DNA from: Sphaeroforma arctica JP610
Lineage: Eukaryota
Assembly: GCF_001186125.1 (NCBI RefSeq)
Contig: NW_014040110.1
Coordinates: forward strand, 10,608-68,786
Reading direction: 5' to 3'
Length of the DNA stretch: 58,179 bases
Below the pieces are notes generated by a model. That model was not told the origin of the DNA and made no database searches. It saw nothing but the letters and a program-made list of their open reading frames with translations. The position numbers and the translations under genes were made by a program. Positions 11,681 through 41,839 of this stretch are shown in pieces (position 1 is the stretch's first letter; the number at the start of each line of letters is the position of its first letter).

Positions 11681-13790
11681 GAAGAATCCAAGATTCCACT
11701 CTTGACACATGTGTCTCAAGCAAAGACCAAGGCGACACAAACAACTTCTCCCAAGTGCGTAACTTCATCTTAACCATATTCTGCGTGTCTTGACGATGAC
11801 TACTACGCCGATCGACCAGATCGTTGTAACTGAAGCATTTCTCCACAAGTTGGAGCTGCCTACATCTAACCCTCTTCATCGTCATGGAAGATCCTTCGAT
11901 ACGCATACGCCTTCTTGTCATTGTTGCACCTTGCATTGTTGTTCCGTTTGTGCTAGTAAAATACTTTATGATTCTATCAGCCCAAACTGTAGCAGAGTGT
12001 TTGTTCATCAATTGTCGCCATACTTTTCTAATGACCCTCGCCGTCGAGCTTTTCCTTCTCAAGTACGGCGTTGGGGAACATCTTCGTTACTGTCTTAATC
12101 ACACCTGTGAAATTCATGCCTCGGACTCGCAGAGCTTTCGCTGTTTGGAAATTTGCGAACCAAATGTCTTTATACACAGCTCTGTTCGTGCTGAAGTACT
12201 TCTCCACTAAACGCAGTTTAGTCGCTGTGCCCGTTTGGTGCTCATCCTCGTACGCACGCTCCGCGGCTTTGCCTTGATTTTGAGCAAAAACTGTCCATGG
12301 CTACAACACGCCGTCCTTTTACAACCTGGCTTCCTGTCAATTGTGATATAATGAGGTAACCCATAATTTTACCGCGAGACTCTAAGGTCGTACCATTATG
12401 AAACGCTTTCGTCTATACATATATGACAGCTCGCGAGTATGTCGTCCGCGAACCCCATCACCGGTGAACACCGGTGTTCTTGAGTATTGGGATTCTCCAC
12501 ATCCGTCGTCTGCTCTGCATATCTAAGACTTGAGTATATGTAATTAAACCTGTGTTCAACTATCCAGCACCCAAAGTTGTAAGGCGCATGCATTTTGAAT
12601 TCGTGTTGTGTCTTTCTCCAGCAATCACCAGGTGAGGCAAATTCGATGAAGCAAAACTGCATTATGACACCGAAGAAGGTGAGTAACTCGCCGGGCGTGA
12701 GACTGTGTTAGTATTGTATTCGAGAGTGCAACCAGAGTTGTCAAATAACCCATGGGGAACATAGTAAAGAAGTACTGTAGTGTTTCACGCACCGACCATT
12801 TTGTGGTATATAAATTCCATGTTTCGCCGTGACCTTCCACGTATGTGTTTCAGGCCCCTTCCATCTGCATCAACGCTCTCCCATTGCCACACTTGACTAT
12901 GTGCATTAACAGGCTCTCGATTGCCAATAGGTGTCTGTGGTTGTGCAAGTGCGTGCGTCAAATTCAACGGAGTAGGTGCAACTACAATATTGCTAGTTGA
13001 TAATGTTCTATTGTGTCTGAGGGGGTTGGTGCTAATGTCTGTGAGGTTCGTTTGTGCCTGACGCAATAGCTGTATTTAAATACTTGCCTGAGGTTGTTGA
13101 AGAGTTTGCCCTGTAGTGGGTAAAGCATGTAGGGATGGTAAGGTATCCAGTTGCACATTTATCTCTTACGGGTCAGATCTTGTGCGCCAGTAGCCAAAGT
13201 ATCGCTGTATTGTTCAGTACTATGGATCACACGCGTAATCTCCTGTGGTATTGCACTAGCATTAAGGTATTTCACTGTTGAAGAAGGTTCTTTAGCTATC
13301 ACTGCCGCCGAACGATCTGTTCTCCGCTACTCTCTCAACAAAACAAAAAAATACACGTGGCGAGCTAGATACTACTACTGGAACGAGATCACTATCACTA
13401 TTATTGTCAGGAGATAGACTGAATTGCTTCTGCTTCGTGTAACGCTCTCCATCAGTGCTGACGAATCCACTTACTTCTACCATTTTGTTAAACACTTTCG
13501 TTGATCCCGTCTTTGAAGAAACACTATTACGACCGGCATCACAATCGCGGGCGTGTACATCTTGCCATACTTACTACCAAATCGTGCCTGGGCATACCTC
13601 GCATCCATATGGTACCACTTAACGTTAACAGTGTTCCTTACCACTCTCTTAGCTGCTGCCAGGTCATTCTTAGGTTGCTTCTGAATCGTTTCTTTTACAA
13701 CTACAGCGCTACCTATAGTTCCAAGTTGTGTACAAGTGCTTGTTTGAGCAAAGGTTTGTTCTAAGTGTTCCAGACATGGTATGGTCACGC
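11681..13790 (-). mobile_element. Degenerate piggyBac-like (DDE_Tnp_1_7-type) transposase relic
   Basis: Minus-strand motifs occur in the expected order: YFFTMFPMGYL...SN; APYNFG...RF..I...LRY; CIDESVS*WY...NYGLPHYITIDRKP (~12420-12325); AVYKDIWFANFQTAKALRVRGMNFTGVIKTVTKMFP (~12180-12075); VWADR..KYF; YNDLVDRR...RQD...RVESWIL. Stops and frameshifts throughout. Confidence 0.82.
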
Positions 13791-15150
13791 GATGAGTCAG
13801 GAAAATTTCTTTACTATTGCTTACATTTGATTGGCTATTTAAAAGTATATGTCACCCACTCAAAAAAAGGGCGATTCGCTGTGCCGTTACCAGCCCGAAT
13901 GGGCGATAAAAGCCCAATTGAGCTATAGAGGAGTATAAACACGAGCCTATGCGTGATTGAGTATGAGTTTGTGTTAAGTGCTGTGTACGTACAATACGTG
14001 TTCTGACGGTTTTGCATCTTGTACTCCTATAATATTCGTATAACAATTATTTGTATTTGTTTTTATAAGTTGCCTACATGGGCGTCTCAAATTAAGGGTT
14101 AGCCCCATGACACGGCAATTAGGGCATTTACTAAAAACTAGAGTCATTTCGAATCATACAGGGTAACCTGGGTTGGCAAAAGTCATAAATGTCGCCTGAA
14201 AAATTGTGTCTTTGTCGTGTTTTCAATGTCGTTTGATGTCTTGGTGTAGGACGTCGTCGTCCGGTCTATTTCTACTCAGTTGCAAGTGCAATAGGGCAGG
14301 TCAGTGGGACCATTAGGTCCAGCGTGAATAAACCATGAAGTACAAAGAAATTGAGGAAACTGGGACGATATAAATTTGCAAATGTCAAATGGTCAAAAAA
14401 TGGGCGAAATCGCATATTTGTAGGTGCATTTCGTTGAAATCGTAGGTGCAAATAGCTGCTTCCATGTTCTTAATTTAAGGAACACGGTACTGGCATTGGT
14501 GTTCACAACACTGATTGGTTAGAGTTTTCTTCCCGAATAAAATCTTCTGTCATTTCACTCATTTAGAGACAAAAATACACTTGTCGGACATGTCTCCAGG
14601 GAAATTGTAGCGGAAACACGTCTCTTAAAGTCTTTTGGTCATAAGTCAATGTCTTTTACCAGCTTTCAGGGGTATCACTACCAAGGGTAGCTAGGGATAC
14701 CCAGGATGAACACACACCTTAGTTCATATAAATGCTTCGAGTTATCTGGTCTGTAGCGTCGGGTACTTAAACAGAGCACAGTATGCTAGGCTCCTCTTTT
14801 TGGTTCGTTAAGAGTAGCCACCAAACTGACTGACATTTCAAAGGAATCAATTGTACTTCAATCCGGCGACAAATATTATAGGTAGAATATCACTCCGATT
14901 CTTTGACTAAGCTCAAAGAATGCCCACTTCATCTTGTATTCAGCCCTCGAGCAGGCTCTGGGCCCTGGGGGCGTTCTCGTGTTCACGCAAGCCGAACCAA
15001 CATCTTTGAAAAGTTTATTTCTTTTGTCAAAAACTACTTTGCTTCTGGTGCTATCTAAATCTAAGTTTCAGTTTCTAAATTACAACCATGGCGGCCATAT
15101 TGATTTTCAGACATGCCATGTTACGAGATGTGTATTGCGAAGTGTTGGCG

Positions 15151-33203
<18,053 letters not shown>

Positions 33204-34973
33204 GACTTACTCACACACTTGAAGACCAGTGTGTGTGGTATCTTGTGAGGTTGAGATTGAATTGCGATGCTAAGATATCATGAACTGTATGGTGTGTGTG
33301 TTTATATTAAATATGTATGGAAACGTGCGTGGTTATATATGATATGTATATGGAATAAGAAGTACACAGCAAGTACACACCATTCCCCATCCTTGTGTCG
33401 GTCTGCGTACGCAACGGGTGCAATTTGCATGAATATACACGAATATACTCGCGTATGAACTAAACAACAAGAACTTCCTTCAACCTCAAAATAATACAAA
33501 ATTCTACTGTTGCAAACAAATGGTGAATGGATTCCATTGGACGCCATCCAAGATACTTTTGCATACATTCTATTTATAGATTCCCAGGGTTCTCAGGACT
33601 CAACAAACCATTATTGACGCGTTATATCAGTTTGCGTATACGTTGAACATAACCGAATAAAAATTCAACGTCTACTTTTAAATTGGGGTTGGAAGGGTCG
33701 ACTCGCGCACAAGAAATAAATAGCTGATACATACACTATGACCCTCTCTCTCTCGCGCTCTCTCTCTCTACATAGTAGTAGAGAAAGAAGACAAGAACAA
33801 CGTTTATATTTATACCATTTTCTGAATCGCCTTTCGCAATACCATCGATTGAACAATAAAGCGATCCTGCTATATAAACACCTTCAGGCAGCAAGAATCA
33901 GAGACTATATCAGATGGTTCACATGCACTAATACAACCCACGCGCACTTGTACAACGTGCAAATGTCCCTTTGTCATCTTTTTTTGCTTCTCCATTTGAT
34001 TTGATTTGTTCCAGTACAAACAATCTCTCAGGTATAATTCATCGCTATTATATATATATATATATTATATTATAATGTAACAATATATAAGAATATAATA
34101 ATCCAATAATCCAATAATCTGATACAATATATATATGTAAATACAATATATATATGTAAATGTAAAATATATATTTATATATATATATGAATTCATTCGG
34201 AGCACGACGATTTTCTGGGGGTTCAAATTCTTTTTTTATTCAGAAACACGCTGTCCTTATCTTGTATATGTGCATGTTATACACCTTTTTGTGTGTAAAT
34301 ATATTATAGACACTGCGTTACAATTTTTGAATACAGGTGGAGATTCAGTATGTGCTTTATTCGATTGAAATTTATCTGATTCTTCCCTCTCTGGGGTATA
34401 ATTCTTCTCTGGTGGCAAGTCTATGCCCGGCAGCTTCGCACTGAGCTTTGTGTGAACGACCGGCGCTGAAGGTCAATATACATTGCTATATTTGGTATTC
34501 TACACCTAAGTCGCTTCACTCAGGTTGCTATAGTAGTCATGGGCTGATCTGTGGAGTGTGTGTAGGCTACTATGCTCGTGATTCTTTCGGCTCTCATAGC
34601 GTGTCGGTTACTTGTGTTGCCGAGGAAGTCAATTCCCTACCAGCGTAAATGGGCTTCTTATACTATTCCTCCGCGTTATCAATTAGCATACTGTGGATTA
34701 TGCGACGGTATGTGGGTATACACTAGCAGTGCACTTCGAAGTCCCCACTGCGTATTCACGTTCTGGTGTTGTATCAGAGAAAGTTCGTCTAGAGAGCGTA
34801 AACGTTGGAACTGATCACTTGCACGGGGTTTGGGCGATCTTCTATCGTATGCACTCGCCGATTATCGCCCGTGTACTACATCAGCACCACAAACGCCATA
34901 CTTGGACGCCACAGCCACACTTTCTCTGTATGTACATGATATATTTAAGTCAGATTAAATAGTCTATCCATGT

Positions 34974-37128
34974 TTAGAATACCTCCTCGTTGAAGATATA
35001 CCGTGCACCGCCGTGTTGGATCTTGTCACTGTACTCATTGCACTTCGTGTGCAGCACCTTGCCCAGGACTTTGGGTCCACAGAAGAACACTCCTACTTGT
35101 TCGTTGGCGTGCTTGGTACTTGTCTCCGCAAAGATCTTGTCCCAGTGCGGCCGTCCAAAGTGTGTTTTGGTGTGCTGTCCATGGAGAAGGTCCTCACTAT
35201 GTATTTAGTAAAAAGAGGATGTTAATTTGGTTCATATATACAGATGTACAAGCTGGTTTCACTCAATCTTAACAAATAGTTGTATACAAATCAATAGCGC
35301 GTGAATAGTCTCTGGACACCCAGGTAAACTACATGTCAATCTATCTTGCAATGTATTACGCATGCCATCGGCATATGATTGTCGATTTGATGTTGTTAAT
35401 GCAGGGACTGGAGTTGTTATAATACGATGGCAGTGATGTAAAGCTGTACGCTACGCCTCCGGAGGTCTCGGTTGGCTTAATTTTGTACACCGATCACACA
35501 ACATAAAACGAATGCGTGCTTATAACACGCATCTCCATAATATCCTAGTAGTGCATCGTTGGTATCAGACATTCACATAGTGTGATGGCGTTTGCGCTAT
35601 TTTAGACGTATGATCGTATCACTCGATAATTTGTAGTCGGCAGCGCTCACATGTAATGATACAGTGTTCGGCACAATAACATAACAACTGATGATAAAAC
35701 TACATACCTGGCATCTCCCTCCGTGACTATATTTGTAATCTCTTCATGTTTGATCCTCTCAGTCAGGTACACATCGATCTGTAAGAACGCCTGCATGCCC
35801 TGGGACACCATCTGCAACTCCAAGGCCTCGATCAGATCCTGGAACCACTCGAAGCTTCGGCGATCACGGCAAATCCATATAAAGTACACTTTCCTCAACT
35901 TCATGTTCAATCCCTGGGCCTGTTGGTACCAGATACTCTTCAGCACAGACGCAAAGGGCGTCACCCCAATTCCAGCACCCACCAGGATGGCCGTAGAATA
36001 CTTGAACGCGTCTCCTGAAGTGGCTGTACCGAACGGACCGTCTACATTGAATGTGGGCATCTTGGACGGATTCCCTTTGTACCCAGATTTCACAATCTGG
36101 TTACCTTTGGCGTCCCAGTGACAGCCCAGGCGCTCAGCTAGGGATGTTGTCCAGTCACCAGCCACACGGATGTGCACTGAGAAGAAACTCTCCTCGGGCG
36201 ATGAGGTGAGTGTGAAAGGATGCCACTCAAAAGACGATAGAGTAGGTACCTGAATGAAGATGTACTGTCCGGCGGTGGCCTTGAAGCCTTTCTTGAGCAT
36301 TTGTATCTCGACTACATTGGACGGGTGTTGCACCACCTTTGCAACAACCACCCGTTGTGTACTGCGGAACAGTCGAGTAATTCTCTCAATACCATAAATC
36401 ACAAGCGGGCCAATGACCCACTGCCACGCCGTGAGACCAGCCTTCGTGAAGCTGCCATCGGGGTTAACTGTCTGTACTAGGCCGGAGAGTGCGTGTGTAA
36501 TGATGCCAATGTAATACACGATGAATAGATGATGTGTGTACCAGAACACCTCAAAGTTAGTCTTGCGGAGGTATTCGAATGATGCGTTCATCATCAAGAA
36601 GAGTACTATACACATAACCATTCCTGTGATGCCTGCAGCTGAGTATAGCATGCTGAAGTAGTATGGTATGGGTGTGCCTGGTACAAAATAGTCCGTGCAG
36701 GGGACAAAGTTGGGGTCCTCAGACGCTCGTTGAAAATTGAGACCATTGTACATATGCGCTACCGTGTGAATGATAGAGTGTAGCATGATCATATACCCGC
36801 ACCACTTGTGGAAACTGATATTCTTATCTAAAAGTCGCAGTAGTCCGCCACGGAATATTACCGCGCCTCGAAGGTATGACACCAGATTACGACACACTGG
36901 TAGCAGGATCAATGCTGAATTTAAATTCAAGGTTGCGGCCGATGCTTTGGCGAGTGACAAAGATGAGCCCATACATGCTACCATCAACACATGGATGTCG
37001 GCTGTCTCGAACAGCCAGAATGTATATACAAACAGCCCAATGTTTGCACCCATCCACAAGGCAAAAAAACCATAAATGAGCCCATCATTAATCAGAGCTT
37101 GTTTGAGCGATTCCATACGTTTCATCAT
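34974..37128 (-). CDS. NADPH oxidase catalytic subunit, NOX1/2-like (gp91phox-type, no EF hands)
   Basis: Exon 1 37128-35708 and exon 2 35196-34974 (phase 2 join). Heme His in FHK...IHTVAH and FWYTHHLF...ITHA. FAD motifs EWHPFTLTS and IRVAGDW. NADPH motifs DGPFG, VGAGIGVTPF, KVYFIW, HFGRPHW, VGVFFCGP; terminus NEEVF*. Start placed at MMKRMES..INDG by similarity to the NOX2 N-terminus; the ORF-track start at 37278 is non-ATG. Confidence 0.96.
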
Positions 37129-39119
37129 TATGACTATAAGTGGATTTATTGAGCTTGTTAATACCGTCGATTCACTGTTGCAAGAAAGTGTGACAAACAC
37201 TTTATGCACAGAACTGAAATTTGAAGAAGCTAAAGTACGTATATTTAATACCTGCGGTTCTGAGCAACGCACATACAACCATATTGTGATAAATCCTTTC
37301 GAAATGTTTTATTTTCCGTAGTCCGAAGTCTTTGGCGTGTTCACGTTGCAATCATCTGTCACCGATGCGATCGTTTCACAATTTTGAGGTTTATACAGTC
37401 TCCTACATAGTTTGGCTGGTGTAAACTTCAATTCCTTCTTTCAGAGTTCTTCGAAAACCTGAACTCGCACTTCACACAAGAAGGAGCATTCAGTGGGCGG
37501 CAACAATTCATCACTTGCCCTTTTCTTGAAATGATTTTTTTAAACTCTACATACTACTATAGATTATCGAGCCGATCACATTGGGCAATGTGAGCGTCTC
37601 CGGCTCTCAGCCTCTCAGGCTCTGTCGCTCTGAATTTCGGCACAAGACTCGAAGACTCTGAGTTTGGAGTCTCCAGTCTCAAGTCTCATCAAGAAGGGTG
37701 AGAGAAAAGTCAGAAAACAGAAAATCCGCGAGGTCCAAGAGACAAGAGTCCAAGACCCGATTTATTGAAATAAAAATAGCAGTGAACCAAAAAAAATAGA
37801 TCGGTGCGAGAGCCAGTATCAAATCAAAATCGAAATAAACAAATCTAATTAATCGCTTGTTGATTTGCTGCCTGCTGGTTCATTCTGCGATCGATAGTAA
37901 TCCTAAAAACTAGAAAGCACCAATGATAATTGATTTTGATCTGTTATCGGTCTATGAGAATTCTAAGAGTATGCGATACGGATATGAAAGTTTCTATTGG
38001 TCGTTACTATGAAACTGTTCAATAGGATCATGTCAATATCTCGGAGTTGTTTATTGTGACTGTTCAATAAAAATAAAAATAAAACCATTATGGAGAACCG
38101 AGAGACGCGTGGTATTTGTTTTAAAAGCCGACCAATGTTATAGAACTGTTGTATTTGTTTTTATAAAAAAGATTGAAGTATGAGTCCAACAAGACGACAA
38201 CTCGTCGACTAACAAGTTTCCATAAAAAAATCGATTCACAGGAAGGAAATCTTTTATATACAAAAATGCGGGATTGCAGGATAGTATTATACTTTCTAAA
38301 AAGTATATCATCTATATGTAGTTCTATTTTTATACATACAGCTGTGGCCACTGGACTATGGGCGAGATGGAGTGTTGCTGGGAGTTTTTTGTCCCGTCAA
38401 CAAAGGTGCGAATCAAAAATTAATGGTACAGTGGTTGATGCCGTGCTCGTGAATTTGATTGCTCCCTCGATGTGTTTATGTATTTATTTGTGTCCTCTCT
38501 AGTAGCTGTCTGCTGGTACCCTGCTTGTCTCACAAGTTCTTCACGTTACTGCTTTTAATTCTTTTTAATTGTAGATGCGTGGTTTAGGGCAAAGTGGTCG
38601 CTGTCGTTGTGGGTCGTTTTCTGTAAATTATAGCAAAAACATCACTGTCTTTTATATATATTTAAATTGTAACTCTCGTTGGGTGGCGCCGTGGCGGTGC
38701 GTTGAACTTAATTAATAATGCAGTGTGAAGTTTTCTGTCCAACGTTTAAAAACAAATAACAGCAGAAGCTGTAGAAGTGTATAAAGACGATCCAAGCACT
38801 GATTTCAGAGGGACAAGAACAGATTTCATAACGGGTAATGAGCAACTTTGTAATGTTTTTATCCAAAGTTTACAAGCCTAGCGTCTATTCGGCCGATTGT
38901 AAATATAAATATTCTTTGCATATCGTCGACATTATTTATTATATCATGCAGACCCCCATCAATACATAAAAAACAAGTAGTCGATTTTACCCCTGCCATT
39001 TTGCCATTGTCAATACGTATTGGCTTTCCTTCGCACAAACCCTACATAAATCTGGTAGTCGATCATCACGATCTGAAGCCAACTGCCAACACAACAGCAT
39101 AACATTAATATCTCCTACG
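37129..39119. promoter_or_regulatory. Divergent intergenic region between the NOX and p22phox start codons (candidate bidirectional promoter)
   Basis: ~1990 bp between two outward-facing ATGs with no credible gene in between. Regulatory function is inferred from geometry only. Confidence 0.5.
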
Positions 39120-40015
39120 ATGGGCAAAGCAACAGAATGGTCCCTTTGGGCAAACTTCATGGCATTGAGTTCCTGCGCAAGTAAGTGTATACCGTCTATG
39201 ATCTGCACAATATTTCATTTCCATATCAAGTATTGTCATTAGCAAGATAGCATTCATGTCGAAATCACCCCAACCTGTGGCTAAATACGACATCTACTGG
39301 TTGGCTTGTAGATTTTAAGGCTTATATCGATTCCTATATATACGAGCTTAGAAACAACTTGCACCTCAGTAGATTCAAGCTAAAAAATAAATATTTGCAA
39401 TCACATATTCTGGAAAGTGGAAAGATACTTGCACGCAAGATCGCGCATTGCAGACCCCTTGAAGCGAGTACATACTTGGAGTGCACGATACGGCACGTGA
39501 CGCCAATACGTACATAACTAAAACACGACTAACCCAACGCTGTGCAAACCCAACAAATGCCAACTTGTGCGTGATAGGACCTTCACTACGAAAGCAATCG
39601 TGTTCTATACTAGTGCAGACATATGTTTCGCTTCTTCACGAATGAGATTGGAAGCTGCCTCGCCCCTGCAACTCGGTAACATGCATATAAGAAAACATCC
39701 CGTATCGAATAAAATATTCTGTATCTAACAGAACCTCGCTTTCCGTGCGCTATATTGCAATACAGTGCTGGTGCTCGGTGGTATAATTGTGCTCTCAATG
39801 TCTTTCCCCAATTTCTGGACGGGTATATACGGTCTGGCGGTGTCTCCATTTATATACGTATACGAATGGCCTAGGGGAAAGATGAAGCGCGGTCGCACAT
39901 TCCCACGCCGATTTCAGGGCAAAATCAGCAATATGGTCAGCAATATGGGCTTTTTCGGATCCAATTACTACTTCCGATTTGTCCTATACCTATTGTAAGT
40001 GCAGGTTCAGAGGAG

Positions 40016-40050
<35 letters not shown>

Positions 40051-40085
40051 TACATATATACATATATACATATATACATATATAT

Positions 40086-40124
<39 letters not shown>

Positions 40125-41173
40125 ACTGGTGCGTGTGTTTCGCTAGTGTGCACGGTAGATTTTTGTAGGCTGATCCGTTGGTTTACATCCTATGTTATGT
40201 ACACATTTGCATGCAACCACTGTAGATTTAACAAGGACAACCATAGCGATACGTCGGAAGTAGAGCACAAAATACTGGGTTTCGCATATAAACAGAGTGA
40301 TTGCTAGCTTCGTAAACAAGAAGTCTTTGGCAGCCATATTTGCTGTAAAATTTAACGTGTATATGGGAGCGACATACCCTGACTGTGTGGCTGTGTTTAA
40401 TACTGAATGCCAAGTTTATTTGAACTTGGATATTCGCCATCCAAGTGATTACAAATGGAAACACCTTTCAATGTACACTGATACCGACAAGTTTACATGT
40501 AAACACTACTAACGCATGTTTATATCCAAATACCAAATAGAGTCTCGGTCCCATGCTTCTTCGAACTCGCCACGACATATGCCGGGTTCTTCTTTCTATG
40601 CACCTCATCTGTTTACCTACTGAGTGCTGTGCGTGGTGAGAAATGGGTCCCTATCAAGGCACCAAGGAAGCCGGAACTGATTGTATGTGAATATTGGAAG
40701 TATTGGATACATATGCCTACTTGTTGCAAGGCAGAGATCGCTTATGTATATTGATGGGCATATCACAGATATCTACACAATATATTCATGTATCTGTATG
40801 TATGCAAGTATGGGCTTTTATGTTGCATTTGTATGTTGATGAATATAGCATTTATATGTATAAATACACATATTAAGAACTTGTATGTATATACATAACA
40901 AATGTGTGCTTATGTATAAACACGTGTTTGAGTATGTATAACCTCTCACCGACATCTCTGTAGCCTCGTACCAGGTCGATGACTTGTCTAGGCACCTTAC
41001 TCTGTCCAGCCCTCATACCAACACAACCACCTATACAAACACTATGCCTAACCCCATCCCACCCACAGGCGAAGTCCACCCAGCAGAATGGGATCCTGCC
41101 CTTTGCTGGTATGGGCATGGACAGAAAGGGCTCTATCAATGCCGCACCCAGTATGGCGAGTGCGGGAGTATGA
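39120..41173 (+). CDS. CYBA: Cytochrome b-245 light chain (p22phox)
   Basis: Exons 39120-39180, 39766-39994, 40541-40682 and probably 41069-41173. Translation: MGKATEWSLWANFMALSSCAMLVLGGII...YEWPRGKMKRGRTFPRRFQ...NYYFRFVLYLLVSVP...LSAVRGEKWVPI. It matches the p22phox hallmarks EW.(M/L)WAN, E.PRGK..KG.T..R..Q, NYY.R and AVRGE.W.PI. A TACTAAC branch site precedes exon 3. Last-exon acceptor is uncertain (alternative at 40964). Confidence 0.92.
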
Positions 41174-41839
41174 GGAAGCAGATAGCATTCAGTCATCGTC
41201 AGTCCATATATGTATACCATGGATACTGAAGCAGTCCCGTTATAAGCTGCACATACCGGTATATACACAGCTTATACCGGTACATACAGATAGTTGTGTA
41301 TGTACCGGTATATACAGAGCTTCTACCGGTACATAAAGATAGTTGTGTATATACCGGTGTATACAGGTAGTTGCGTATAGCGGAGGAGTGTATAGTGCTT
41401 GCAACGAACGCTCTGTATACCTGCTGCCCAGTACGCAGCACGGTCACGGTACGCGGGCGAAAATATATTTATAGAACTACACGTGTGCTAATTATAGCAG
41501 GGCATGTGTGCTATTTTTAGCACTACAAGTGTTCGCTCTTGGTCGAATAGCATGATCACAGGGGCGTACTGGTGGGGTGGTATGGAGGCTAGGTACGTAC
41601 GGTGCTATTTATAGCACGTTTGATATATACACGTGCACGTTACATGCAGTGTGCGTGCGATATATACACGTGTAATGGTATTATCCGTGAATGTTAACAT
41701 ACAGTATATGTATATCCTACACATACACACAATACGTATACTAAATACGTACCACAAATACGGATAACGTACACCAAGAGAAGGGTGAGGGAAACCAAAG
41801 AAGCGCGAAGTAAACGCAGAAAATGTATTCTGCTGCCGG

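Noticed and set aside
14100..15100. Possible further gene or TE between the piggyBac relic and the giant gene, and possible piggyBac termini near 7700 and 14090
   Set aside because: No recognisable protein motif, and the terminal matches (CATGGGC...AAGGG) are too weak with no clean TTAA duplication.
37129..37278. 50-aa N-terminal extension of NOX in the ORF track
   Set aside because: It starts at a non-ATG codon and NOX similarity begins only after the ATGs at 37128-37116; probably 5' UTR.
37600..37760. TCTCAGCCTCTCAG and CCAAGA units shared with the retroelement region 10650-10710
   Set aside because: Short low-complexity heptamer-like repeats; not enough to claim a TE-derived promoter.
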